A stretch of 62,996 nucleotides of DNA, counting the filler. It is 8 parts of 8 records of this genome, joined end to end, with 100 filler letters (N's around TTAATTAATTAA, not from the genome) between each part and the next. Parts side by side here need not be neighbours in the genome. Positions count along the whole stretch, not along the records: positions 31,255 to 36,262 come from SRR31147125_3711; positions 36,363 to 43,326 come from SRR31147125_3720; 6 more parts are not named here. One strand, written 5' to 3'. The notes under the pieces were generated by a model. The model did not search any database, was not told the DNA's origin, and saw nothing but the letters and a program-made list of their open reading frames with translations. Positions 31,897 through 42,049 of this stretch are shown here, in pieces. A program made the position numbers and the translations under genes. Every line of letters starts with the position of its first letter. Positions within the stretch are counted from its first letter, which is position 1.

Positions 31897-32939
31897 GTGC
31901 AAATGAAGAAATATATACAGAAGCTAGACATCCTTTACTTTGTGTTAGGAATGTTGGGGTTTTTATCGCCATTCTATTTATTCGGCACATACAAATACGG
32001 AACAAAGTTGACACATATATTTGCAAAGAGTATTTCAATTTGGCTAGTGGTAGTTCTTATGAGCATAGTTTTAATTAATGTTATTGTAAGAAAAAAAATA
32101 GTTAAAATCTTCTTAAAAATATTAATCGTATCCTTTTTTTCATGTGTAATATCTATTTATTTCGTTCAGGATTCTATGGTTTTTATAGGGTATTACATGC
32201 AAAATGAAAGTTACATGCCTGATATAGACACAAAGTATGAAACATTAGAAAACGACGAAACTTTAAGTCAAATTCAGATAGAAAGCAAAGGAACTACATT
32301 AACTGGGTGGATAAAAAACTGTGACAAGCCTAATGCTCCTATCCTGATTATTTTTAACGGTAACGGAGGATTTGCAGGCTACACTATGGAAATGTACTCA
32401 GCTATAAGTGATGAATTAAACATCGTGCTTTTTGACTACAGGGGTTATGGGAAAAGCGAGGGTATTCCTAACCAAAACAATGTAAAAGAAGATGCATTAG
32501 CAATAATTGATTATTTTTGTGAAGATGAAAACTACAAATCATCAGAAATTTATGTTCTAGGATATAGTATAGGCACAGAAATCGCAACCTATGCAGCCGT
32601 AGAACGTCAGCTAGATGGTTTGATTTTAGTTACTCCATTTGATGATTTTGTGAATGTTTATAACGAAATGATTGATATATTTCACGACCATTTAGATGGC
32701 TTGTAAAATATCAATATAGTCCAATGAGAAATGTTAAAAATGCTGATGAGGATATTTTAATACTCTGCTCTGACAATGACGGAATGTTTTCCCCACAAAT
32801 GGCAGAAAACATACAAGAAGAAGCAAAAGGAAACGTACATATTTATAACCTTATTGAGCCTGATCACAATAGCTATTTCGCTGAAGCTTATAGAGATATT
32901 ACAAGCACATATATCGTTGATTTTATTAAAATGAACTAA
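31897..32939 (+). CDS. membrane-anchored alpha/beta hydrolase, split by a frameshift near 32686
   Basis: F.GNG, DYRGYGKSEG.P, GYSIG nucleophile elbow; Asp/His half in 32724-32939; one added G gives HGPFRWLVKYQY. Confidence 0.8.
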
Positions 32940-33115
32940 TAGGCTAAACTGTGGTTTTAAAGCTGCTGTTTTATGCAAAAATTTATAATATATTTTCGCC
33001 TTGAGATTGTCTTGCACTTTTTTGCAATATATCTTTTTAAAAAACATATAGAGAAAGCATATAAAAAATAAGCTTTCTCTACACAACTTAATTGTATAAA
33101 AATTTTATATCAATA

Positions 33116-33454
33116 TTAGCATCTTCGTCTACAGCCTCGTCCCCATCTGCAGCCTCTGCCGCACTTGCATCTACCACATCTGCATAGCAATGCTCCTGTT
33201 AATAATCCCCAAAGGAATCCACTGCATCCATAGTATGAGACTTGTACATCGCCAGTACTACCAACACTCAGTATCTCGGTAAGTTCAGGATTTTTCTTAA
33301 TCAACTGCTTTCTTATATCTATCACCATATTCTCTACTTCTTCTAAATCAGGCATTTCCTTTAGCTGCTGATTACTATATTTAGTATCAAGGTATTTTTC
33401 GATATATAGTTTGACTTTATCGTTTATCTGGTTAATGTTTATATCTTTTCTCAC
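33116..33454 (-). CDS. small protein with hydrophobic segment and Cys/Gly/Arg-rich tail (possible spore coat protein)
   Basis: AGGAGG RBS, GTG start; GFLWGLLTGALL then CRCGRCKCGRGCRWGRGCRRRC. Confidence 0.7.
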   Translation of the reverse strand: MRKDININQINDKVKLYIEKYLDTKYSNQQLKEMPDLEEVENMVIDIRKQLIKKNPELTEILSVGSTGDVQVSYYGCSGFLWGLLTGALLCRCGRCKCGRGCRWGRGCRRRC

Positions 33455-33605
33455 ATTTATTCCTCCTATAATTTGCTACTACATATATATGCATAATAAA
33501 AATTATAGGTGTTTTATGCGTTTTTATTCATTTGTTGTCATTTCCTCTATTGTAAGCTGATTTTGCATTATGCAATCTAATATACATGCATAATATCCTG
33601 TTTTA

Positions 33606-33998
33606 TTATTGCAATAGATTGACTCCGTAGCTCTGGATTACTTCAACATATTTATTGTTTTCACTATGCGAGGGATATGAACTCTGTTTAGGATAAATCC
33701 GCAAATACTTTGTCCCATCAATATCTAATACACTGCCTATTTCGTTAAGTTCATCACCAATCTCCCACAAAATAGAGCAAACCAATTTGGAGGTGGCAAC
33801 CGCCTCCTCATAGCTTTTGGCTCTGCATCTTACTTGCAGTCCAATGCGTTCAATACCTGCATCTTTTAATGAGGATTGTCCCCAATATCTATAAAGTCCT
33901 ATACATTCTGTTTCTCCCTCTGGAATTTTATTTAAAAACACTGGTACACTTATACCTTTGCTTATTAAGTATGTTTTAATATCCTTTATCATAGTCAT
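33606..33998 (-). CDS. phage minor capsid/tail-terminator-like protein
   Basis: IK.YL..KG, VFL..IP, IGLY.Y.G, GLQVRCRAKSYEEA pattern and ~130 aa size. Confidence 0.6.
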   Translation of the reverse strand: MTMIKDIKTYLISKGISVPVFLNKIPEGETECIGLYRYWGQSSLKDAGIERIGLQVRCRAKSYEEAVATSKLVCSILWEIGDELNEIGSVLDIDGTKYLRIYPKQSSYPSHSENNKYVEVIQSYGVNLLQ

Positions 33999-34280
33999 AT
34001 ATTCAACCTTCCTAAACTATCCTTATACTCATAATACTGGCTTAATAGTTATTTAAAATTTATTTTGTGTTGATATACATCATATGGCAAGTGTTATTAA
34101 ATAGTTACAATTTAACTGGATAATGAGCTGCTATGTAAGTTGACAAATGATGATTGCCTGTTTTTTGCAGGCAATGGTTTATATACGTATAAGCCAAAAT
34201 CATTGGACGAATAAAAATCCACCACTTGAAGTGATGGATCAAAGTATTTATTAATAGAATATATTATTTATTTTTATTTT

Positions 34281-35027
34281 TTATGGCATCTTCTTTTGCA
34301 ATTCCTCTTTTGGCAGCACATATTTTACATCGCAGTCAGTTGAATAATTATCAGAGAATACATTAAAAATCAAATCATTATCTATTGTATTATCCAATTC
34401 ATAAGCCACTTGACCTTTACCCTTATCTCCTGTTTCTAAATAACTTGGCAATCTTTCTACTTTATAAGTCAAATCTTTTTGGAACACCAATCCGTCTGTA
34501 TCATTTAATTTATAATCCAGATAAAGCACTGTGCTTATCTTACTAGGATAACTGCCTATGTATTTCAATTCATAATCAATTACCAATACTTTATTATCCT
34601 CGTCATCTTCCACATTATAGTCAGTAACTAGTATCTCGTAATCTCCGCTAAGAGCTTCTGTACCTACATTATATATTTGATCTGATTCAACATCATGCTT
34701 GTTAGAGTTTCCAGTGGTACCTATTAGTATAAAGATGACACCTATAACTGCACATATGATGATTTTTGTTTTTTTGGATATTTTATCACTTTTGATGATA
34801 ACAACAAATATCATGACATACCAGAACAATAACCATAGAATAATTTGAACCCAGATATTTTTCTTATTTACATTTTCCTCATGATTATAGTGTTTTTGCA
34901 CATACTTATTTGTTGTGTTTGTATTTTCAATATAAATGTTGACTTCTTTTTCCTCTTCTTTGACTTCGTATCCGCAATATGCGCATTTATTATCAACTAG
35001 GTTAGCACCACAGTTTTCACATTTCAT
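34281..35027 (-). CDS. zinc-ribbon, two-TM, DUF4352-like extracellular domain protein
   Basis: CENCGA....C.YCG, two TM helices, C-terminal L..GDKGKGQVAYE. Confidence 0.65.
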   Translation of the reverse strand: MKCENCGANLVDNKCAYCGYEVKEEEKEVNIYIENTNTTNKYVQKHYNHEENVNKKNIWVQIILWLLFWYVMIFVVIIKSDKISKKTKIIICAVIGVIFILIGTTGNSNKHDVESDQIYNVGTEALSGDYEILVTDYNVEDDEDNKVLVIDYELKYIGSYPSKISTVLYLDYKLNDTDGLVFQKDLTYKVERLPSYLETGDKGKGQVAYELDNTIDNDLIFNVFSDNYSTDCDVKYVLPKEELQKKMP

Positions 35028-35124
35028 ACTCTACTCTCTCCTATTAAATTTCTCCATATATTATACAATATTTTAAGTTGCTAAACAATATATTAACATA
35101 AATGGTTTTTAAAATAAACAGCCC

Positions 35125-35153
35125 TTGACAACCCAGCACAAATAATCTAAAAT
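35125..35153 (+). promoter_or_regulatory. sigma70/SigA promoter of the tyrS leader
   Basis: TTGACA (35125-35130), 17 bp, TAAAAT (35148-35153). Confidence 0.85.
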
Positions 35154-35177
35154 AACCTAAACTAAAAAGGAAACTCT

Positions 35178-35258
35178 ATGGCAAAATTTATTAATACAAT
35201 ATCTCTATATTATTACTATCAGCTAGATTTAAATAATCGAGCTTTTAGTGTTGTCTAA
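35178..35258 (+). CDS. tyrS attenuator leader peptide MAKFINTISLYYYYQLDLNNRAFSVV (26 aa)
   Basis: AAAAGG RBS 7 nt before ATG; TAT TAT TAC TAT at 35208-35219; TAA at 35256-35258. Confidence 0.8.
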   Translation: MAKFINTISLYYYYQLDLNNRAFSVV

Positions 35259-35284
35259 ATTTTCTTAAATTTCATGAAGATTAT

Positions 35285-35318
35285 GGCTTGAAGCTCAAAA
35301 GAGTTTCAAGCCTTTTTT
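35285..35318 (+). terminator. attenuator terminator (3:4 hairpin) upstream of tyrS
   Basis: GGCTTGAAGCTC-aaaa-GAGTTTCAAGCC-TTTTTT, ending 21 nt before the tyrS ATG. Confidence 0.88.
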
Positions 35319-35339
35319 AATACTTAAAAGGAGAATTAT

Positions 35340-36262
35340 ATGAAAGACATTATTAAGCAAATCAAAAAAGGCGCAGTTAACATCTACACAGAGGTAGCTT
35401 TAGATGAAAGGCTAAACTCAGGAAAAAAGCTAATCATCAAGCTAGGGGCAGACCCTAGTCGGCCGGATTTGCACTTAGGCCACACAGTAGTATTGCGAAA
35501 GCTAAAGTTATTTCAGGATTTAGGTCATGAAGTAGTATTTGTAATTGGTGATTTTACTGGAATGATAGGTGACCCTACAGGCAAAAGCAAAACACGTCCC
35601 GCTCTAACTTTGGAAGATACTCGAAAATCAGGGCAATCTTATTTTAATCAAGTTACAAAAATTTTAGATCCCAGCAAAACACGAATAGAGTACAATTCAA
35701 AATGGCTATCTAAACTTAACTTTGAGGATGTAATAAAATTAGCATCCAAATATACTCTTGCTAGAATATTAGAGCGAGATGACTTTAAAACACGTTATGC
35801 TAACAACGCTCCAATAAGCCTTCATGAGCTTTTGTATCCACTAGTGCAAGGCTATGATTCCGTTGCACTTAATGCAGACATCGAATTAGGTGGTACAGAC
35901 CAAACATTCAACTTGCTTGTTGGCAGATCACTGCAATCTAACTACAATCAGCAACCTCAAGTTGTTATGACATTTCCTTTGCTAGTTGGTCTTGACGGCA
36001 AGGAAAAGATGAGCAAATCATTAGATAACTACATTGGCATAGATGAACCTGCCAATGTAATATTTGAAAAGTGTATGAAAATACCTGATAATATCTTAGT
36101 TGATTATTTTGTCCTTACCACTGATATCACAAAAGATGAAGCACAGGAATTCATCAGCGAAGATATTAGAGAAGCTCATTTTCATTATGCAGATATTATA
36201 ACTACTATGTACCATAGCAAAGAGCAAAGTATAAAAGCAAAAGAGCACTATCTTACTATGGC
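35340..36262 (+). CDS. tyrS: tyrosine--tRNA ligase (TyrZ-like type), 3'-truncated
   Basis: KLGADPSRPDLHLGH, IGDPTGKS.TR, YPL.QGYDS, ELGGTDQ.FN, KMSKS. Confidence 0.96.
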
Positions 36263-36362
36263 NNNNNNNNNNNNNNNNNNNNNNNNNNNNNNNNNNNNNN
36301 NNNNNNTTAATTAATTAANNNNNNNNNNNNNNNNNNNNNNNNNNNNNNNNNNNNNNNNNNNN
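36263..36362. other. artificial contig spacer
   Basis: N44-TTAATTAATTAA-N44. Confidence 0.99.
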
Positions 36363-37211
36363 GCCAATCGTATGCGATAAAAAGAAAATATTTATCCAGA
36401 ATTTCATTGTAAATTATTTCAGGCTATTCAATATTCCCATTTATTATTCCATTGCTAAAACCACGATGAGCTACTCTTTCGCCTTTATCGCCGGCAGAAA
36501 TCGGAAGCCCGGTGTTTGGATTAAGTTGAAGGCGATAGATTCCATCCCACGATGAACCATAATAAAACCAGTGTTCGCCATTTTTACCAACTACAACAGA
36601 TGGATCGATTGCATTGGTATGAACCTGGTTATTATTTACCGATCGTACAACAATATCTTTTTCGACCCAGGTTCTAATGGTAACGATGAAGTTGCCAGGC
36701 CAATACAACTTAATCGTCCTAAATTTGAGGCAAGTGAATAATACAGTCTATATTCATCTCCAACTTTTATAACATAAGGAGCCCAAAGAGAATTGTTTGC
36801 GATACCACCTTTACTATTTATATAATCTGCACCTTTTGAAGGAATTGAATTAAACACCCATCCAACAAATTCCCATTCTATTAAATCTTTTGATTTTCTT
36901 ATTTGTAACCCGGGTTTAACCGATTCGCCAAAAGCCACATCGGTGCTGTAACAATAATATGTATCGCCACTTTTAATTATAGAAGGATCGTGAACGTTGT
37001 AGACCCCCCAACTATAGATATTTTCTACCGAAGCTAAATTATAATATGTGTCACTAATGCTGTTAATATCAAAAGTATCATTCTCAACAGGAGCGACATT
37101 CCCATTTCCGTTATTATCATTTACATCTAATTCTTCTTTATTACATGAAACAATAAAAACAGTTCCCAGCAGGATTATGATAATATTTAATTCTATCAGT
37201 TTCTCCTTCAT
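36363..37211 (-). CDS. GH43 endo-arabinanase-like lipoprotein, frameshifted near 36674 and 3'-truncated
   Basis: lipobox IVSC, VHDPSI, LWAP, NAIDP, YYGS..DGI, NIE.PEIIYN. Confidence 0.85.
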
Positions 37212-37346
37212 CTTTTGAAAAGCAAAAATGTATTAAAAAAAAGCCGGCTCAAAAAAATATAATCTAACTAAACTAACCCATTAAACAATGAATACAGAAC
37301 TTTTAAGAGCCGGGCTTTACATCTATTAATTTATTTCAAAAATCTT

Positions 37347-38927
37347 TTAGTTATATCCCTCATTTTGTACAGTACCAGTATTGGTATCCATCTCAACCTG
37401 AGGAATTGGAAAATACTCTCTTCCATCGACGAAAGTATTAAACTCATCATCGCGAGATTGTAACCAACTCAATTTAGTAGGATCATCCAACCATCCCCAC
37501 CGACGAATATCATCGAAACGATGACCTTCCAACGCAAATTCCAGGTAACGTTCATGTCCAATTTGTTCACGAATTTCTGCCTGAGACATTCCTGGTTTTG
37601 TCGTTTGCAGATTGGGAAGATTTACACGATCGCGAACCATTTGAATGTAATTATAAGCCTCACTTGTATTTCCAGTTTCATTTAAACTTTCAGCATACAT
37701 TAGCAGTACATCGGCATAACGCATAAGTCGTTCGTTAATACCTGATCGCCAATCAAACTCATCGGCATAATCTCCATCTGAATTTTGATACTTACGACAA
37801 TACAAATCATTTAAATCCGATTCATTAGCAGCATAAAATTCTGAAAATTTTTGACCATAAAGCATCATATCAACACTATCGTAGGCAAGTTTATTATAAA
37901 ATATGGTTGCATCAAGTCTTGGATCAACTTCTCCATCAACTGTTTTTTCCTCGCGAAATTCCCAAAACAAATTCCAGGTTGGCTGAACGTCTCTCCATCC
38001 AAAACCAGTTGGAGCATAGGTAATTGCTCTGGCAGAAGTACGTCCCCACCCTGAGGAAGGTATTCCTCCCCAGCTAAGATCTACTCCTCCTGCATCTCTA
38101 CTAAACTGAATTTCAAAAATCGATTCAGCATTATTTTCATTATATGCTGTAAAATTATCGCGATAATTATCGACAAGTGAATATACTCCTAAATCAATTA
38201 CTTGTTTAAATGTATTTTTCGCGGCTTCAAAATCCTGAGTAAACAACTGAGCCTTTCCTAAATATGCCAGAGCTGCACCTTTTGTTGCGCGACCAACCTG
38301 ACCTGCATCCAAACCAGAAACATTATTATAAGAAACAGGTAATAGTTCTGCCGCAGCAGCCATGTCTGATTTTATTTGTGCCCATCCTTCTTCATTTGTT
38401 TTTTGCGGATGATACAATTCTGCATTTGACGTTGGAAGAGGTACACTTTTAAACATTTTTACCAGGTGAAAAAGATATAATCCTCTAAGGAAATATGCTT
38501 GTCCTAAAACTCTGTCTTTTAATGCTTCATCTTCCATTTCCATATCAGTTACATTGTCGAATACCTGATTGGCTCTGAATATTCCTTGATAAAAATCGCG
38601 ATAAGCCCAGCCATAAATTGCAGCATCGGCAATGCTTGAGTTAAAGCGACCAACATTTGCCATAGCTGCCCACGGGCTGTTACTACGGGTTGCATCATCT
38701 TTTAAATCCAGCAGCAAACAGGTACTTCTCATGTATGTCCCGTCAATTAACATACTTCCATAAATTGAATTGACTCCTTTTACCGCATCTTCATCTGTTT
38801 TCCAAAACGATTCCTCGGTATTTACGTTTGGATCTACCTGAAGTAAATCGTCGTCGCTAACACAAGCCGACATAAAACTCACCAGGATAATCCAAATAGC
38901 TAAACGATATATTTTTTTATTTTTCAT
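37347..38927 (-). CDS. RagB/SusD family nutrient uptake lipoprotein
   Basis: lipobox MSAC, GQAYFLRG, GRATKGAA, MRYADVLLMYAE, EF.LEGHRF.DIRRW. Confidence 0.95.
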   Translation of the reverse strand: MKNKKIYRLAIWIILVSFMSACVSDDDLLQVDPNVNTEESFWKTDEDAVKGVNSIYGSMLIDGTYMRSTCLLLDLKDDATRSNSPWAAMANVGRFNSSIADAAIYGWAYRDFYQGIFRANQVFDNVTDMEMEDEALKDRVLGQAYFLRGLYLFHLVKMFKSVPLPTSNAELYHPQKTNEEGWAQIKSDMAAAAELLPVSYNNVSGLDAGQVGRATKGAALAYLGKAQLFTQDFEAAKNTFKQVIDLGVYSLVDNYRDNFTAYNENNAESIFEIQFSRDAGGVDLSWGGIPSSGWGRTSARAITYAPTGFGWRDVQPTWNLFWEFREEKTVDGEVDPRLDATIFYNKLAYDSVDMMLYGQKFSEFYAANESDLNDLYCRKYQNSDGDYADEFDWRSGINERLMRYADVLLMYAESLNETGNTSEAYNYIQMVRDRVNLPNLQTTKPGMSQAEIREQIGHERYLEFALEGHRFDDIRRWGWLDDPTKLSWLQSRDDEFNTFVDGREYFPIPQVEMDTNTGTVQNEGYN

Positions 38928-38952
38928 TTCGACTAATTTTTTTAGTTAACTG

Positions 38953-41900
38953 TTAGAAATTTAATTCCACACCAATTGCAAAGGTTCTTGGATTTGGAAA
39001 AGAACCAAAGTCATAACCTCTTGAGAATAATCCATCGCTGATAAAATCCGGATCGTATCCTGTGTATTTTGTAATTGTCAATAAGTTTTGCCCTGAAAGG
39101 TATACGCGAGCATTTTCGAATATATCTATACTATTAACCGGAATGTTATAACCAAGCTCCAGAGTTTGTAATTTTATAAACGAACCATCTTCAATAAAAC
39201 GATCTGATGCTCTTGCATTTTGGTTTGTTTCCAGCACATCGGGGCGAGGTATATTGGTATCGGTGTTAGATGCAGACCAGTAATCCAACATATCTGTATG
39301 ATGATTTAAAAGTCCACCAATCATTAAAGAGTTATAAGTTCCGTTATATACTTTATTACCGGCGCTTCCCTGCCAAAACATTGAAGCATCCCAGTTTTTA
39401 TACGAAGCACTTACATTTAATCCAAAGTTTACTTTTGGAATTGTTACTCCCTGGAAAGTTCGGTCATCATCGGTAATTAAACCATCGTCGTTTACATCCT
39501 TAAATTTTATGTCTCCCGGAACTGCTCCCGACTGAGTAGCATGAGCCGCAATGTCTTCTTCATTCTGAAAAATTCCTTCAGTTTCGTATGCATAAAGTTC
39601 GCCAATAGAACGACCAACTTCTGTTCTTGAATTTGTTCCGGTAATTGGAGTTCCTTCCAAACCAATCTTTAAAACTTCATTTTTTAAGGTACCTGCATTT
39701 GCCGTAATGTTGTATTTCAAATCATTTTCAGAGTTGCTGTACGACAAAACAAATTCAAAACCTGTATTTTGAACTGAGGCCGCATTTGTAGTTACGGTTT
39801 GTGCCCAATTTATATCAATTGTACCTGTTGAGTAAGGTAGTGGCACATCAGCTAATAAGTCGGTCGATTTCTTTTTGAAATATTCAGCTGTAAACTGAAG
39901 TTTGTTTTCAAAGAAACCAAATTCAGCTGCAACATTAACAGTTTCAGTATCCTCCCATTTTACATTCGGATCGGTTGCATCTACTACAATTGTTCCCGGA
40001 GCAAGTACATTGCCAAATAAATAACTGGCAAAAGCATTTGTTGTGGGTGTATATTGATATGCACCAATTGTATTGTTCCCCAAAGTACCATATCCACCTC
40101 TGAATTTCAGAGAATTCATCCAACTTGGTAAATTTATAAATTCCTCGTTATGTGCTTTCCATGCACCCGAAACTGAGAAATAACTACCCGAATTATTTGC
40201 TTCATTAAATAACGAAGATTTATCTTGTCTGAAATTGGCAGTAATAAGATATCTGTCGTCATAGCCATAATTTAAACGGCTTAGGTACGATACACCGGTA
40301 ATTGTACTTTCATATTCTCCGGTTGAGGTATCTTCGGCATATTCCAGATGACTGATTTCATTGTTTTCGTACCCAACACCTCTTGACCAATGGTTATAGT
40401 ACTTTGTTGTTTCCTGAATCCAACCGGCCAAAACATCGAATTTGTGCTTTTCTCTTTCAAAACTGTATGTTAAAAGATTATCGAGCGAAGTAAATGTTTT
40501 TCTACTATCTGTGATATCCAAAGACGATTCAGCATTTGTAGTAATATAATACCAACCAAGATCACTTGGAGGAATAAAACGGCGTGTATTAATATCCAGA
40601 TAGTCGTAACTTAAACTAAATTTATATTTCAATCCTTTTAAAATCTCATATTCAGCCCAACCATTCCCAATAAAACGATCACGGTTTGTCGTATTATCAT
40701 TAATTGTATTAAATCCAATAACATTCAGGGTAATAGCTTTTTGTGTTAAATTATCAGCACCACCAAATCCTCCTAAACGATTTTCATCATAAACAGGCAT
40801 TGTTGGAATAGCTTGCAATAAGTATACTACCGATGATTCCCATGAGTTGTACGAGTTAAATCCTTCTTTATCAGACTTTGTATATCCAATTTTTGCACCA
40901 TAACTAAATTTCCCTTTTTTACCACTTAAATTTAAGTTGGTGCTAACACGTTCATAATCCTGAGGAGTATCAATATAACTCGTATTTTTATAATAATTTA
41001 CATTGAAATTATACCCAATATTTTCGGCACCACCATTTAAGGTAACAGATTGATCCTGTACAATACCCGTTGTATATGCTGCATCCTGCCAATCGGTGTT
41101 CACATTGTTAATAAAATAAGGACTGGTTGGATCGTTTCCCGGCAAAATTTCGAGACCTGCATTTACATAAGCAGCATTTGTAATATTCTGATATCCGGTG
41201 CGGTCGGTAAGTGGAATTGTTTTAGGTATATTTTGAACACCAACAATTGACTTGATTTTTACACCAAGCTTTCCATCTTTACTCCCTTTTTTTGTTGTAA
41301 TAATTATTACTCCGTTTGCTCCTCGCACTCCATAAATAGCGGCAGAAGATGCATCCTTTAATATCTGGATTGATTCTATGTCTCCCGGTGCGAAATCATT
41401 TGGAGAGTCTACAATCATTCCATCAATAACAAATAAAGGATTATTATTATTGAATGAAGTAATACCACGAATTTTAATATTTACAACACCTCCCGGCTCA
41501 CCCGACGATTGTACTGTAACACCAGGAGCTTGCCCCTGAATCATTTTTGCCACATCGTAAGTAATTACTTTTTTAGCTTCGTCGGTATCAACTACACTTA
41601 CGGCACCTGTTAAATCCGATTTTTTCTGTGTACCGTATCCAACTACTACAACCTCTTCGAGTGATTTTGTATCTTCTTCTAATACTACATTTATATTTGA
41701 TTGATTTCCAACCAAAATTTCGGTTGAATTAAATCCAATAAATGAAAATACCAGAACATCATCTTCGTTAACAGAAACTGTATAATTTCCATCGAAATTT
41801 GTTACCGCCCCTGTTGTAGTTCCTTTAATTAACACATTTACACCAGGTAATGGCTCACCATCGTTTGATGTAACTTTCCCGTCAACCGATCTTTGCTGAG

Positions 41901-42000
41901 CGGAAAGCCCCAATGATAACAGAAACATATTCACCAAAAGTATAGCTGCAAATTTTGGCAAAAACGCTCTATTAGTAATTAACATTAATCTTTTATTCAT
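38953..42000 (-). CDS. SusC/RagA TonB-dependent transporter
   Basis: LEEVVVVGYGTQKK, DIESIQILKDASSAAIYG.RGANGVIIITTK, C-terminal F. Confidence 0.96.
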   Translation of the reverse strand: MNKRLMLITNRAFLPKFAAILLVNMFLLSLGLSAQQRSVDGKVTSNDGEPLPGVNVLIKGTTTGAVTNFDGNYTVSVNEDDVLVFSFIGFNSTEILVGNQSNINVVLEEDTKSLEEVVVVGYGTQKKSDLTGAVSVVDTDEAKKVITYDVAKMIQGQAPGVTVQSSGEPGGVVNIKIRGITSFNNNNPLFVIDGMIVDSPNDFAPGDIESIQILKDASSAAIYGVRGANGVIIITTKKGSKDGKLGVKIKSIVGVQNIPKTIPLTDRTGYQNITNAAYVNAGLEILPGNDPTSPYFINNVNTDWQDAAYTTGIVQDQSVTLNGGAENIGYNFNVNYYKNTSYIDTPQDYERVSTNLNLSGKKGKFSYGAKIGYTKSDKEGFNSYNSWESSVVYLLQAIPTMPVYDENRLGGFGGADNLTQKAITLNVIGFNTINDNTTNRDRFIGNGWAEYEILKGLKYKFSLSYDYLDINTRRFIPPSDLGWYYITTNAESSLDITDSRKTFTSLDNLLTYSFEREKHKFDVLAGWIQETTKYYNHWSRGVGYENNEISHLEYAEDTSTGEYESTITGVSYLSRLNYGYDDRYLITANFRQDKSSLFNEANNSGSYFSVSGAWKAHNEEFINLPSWMNSLKFRGGYGTLGNNTIGAYQYTPTTNAFASYLFGNVLAPGTIVVDATDPNVKWEDTETVNVAAEFGFFENKLQFTAEYFKKKSTDLLADVPLPYSTGTIDINWAQTVTTNAASVQNTGFEFVLSYSNSENDLKYNITANAGTLKNEVLKIGLEGTPITGTNSRTEVGRSIGELYAYETEGIFQNEEDIAAHATQSGAVPGDIKFKDVNDDGLITDDDRTFQGVTIPKVNFGLNVSASYKNWDASMFWQGSAGNKVYNGTYNSLMIGGLLNHHTDMLDYWSASNTDTNIPRPDVLETNQNARASDRFIEDGSFIKLQTLELGYNIPVNSIDIFENARVYLSGQNLLTITKYTGYDPDFISDGLFSRGYDFGSFPNPRTFAIGVELNF

Positions 42001-42049
42001 AAGTCGATAGTTTAAATTTGAAAAATTTTATCCTGCATTTTAAAATCTC

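Noticed and set aside
36424-36426. In-frame TAG in the GH43 motif NIE*PEIIYN as stop-codon recoding or pyrrolysine
   Set aside because: It lies ~60 bp from a contig end with another frameshift just after it, and other Bacteroidota-like genes here end in TAG normally; most likely a base-call error.
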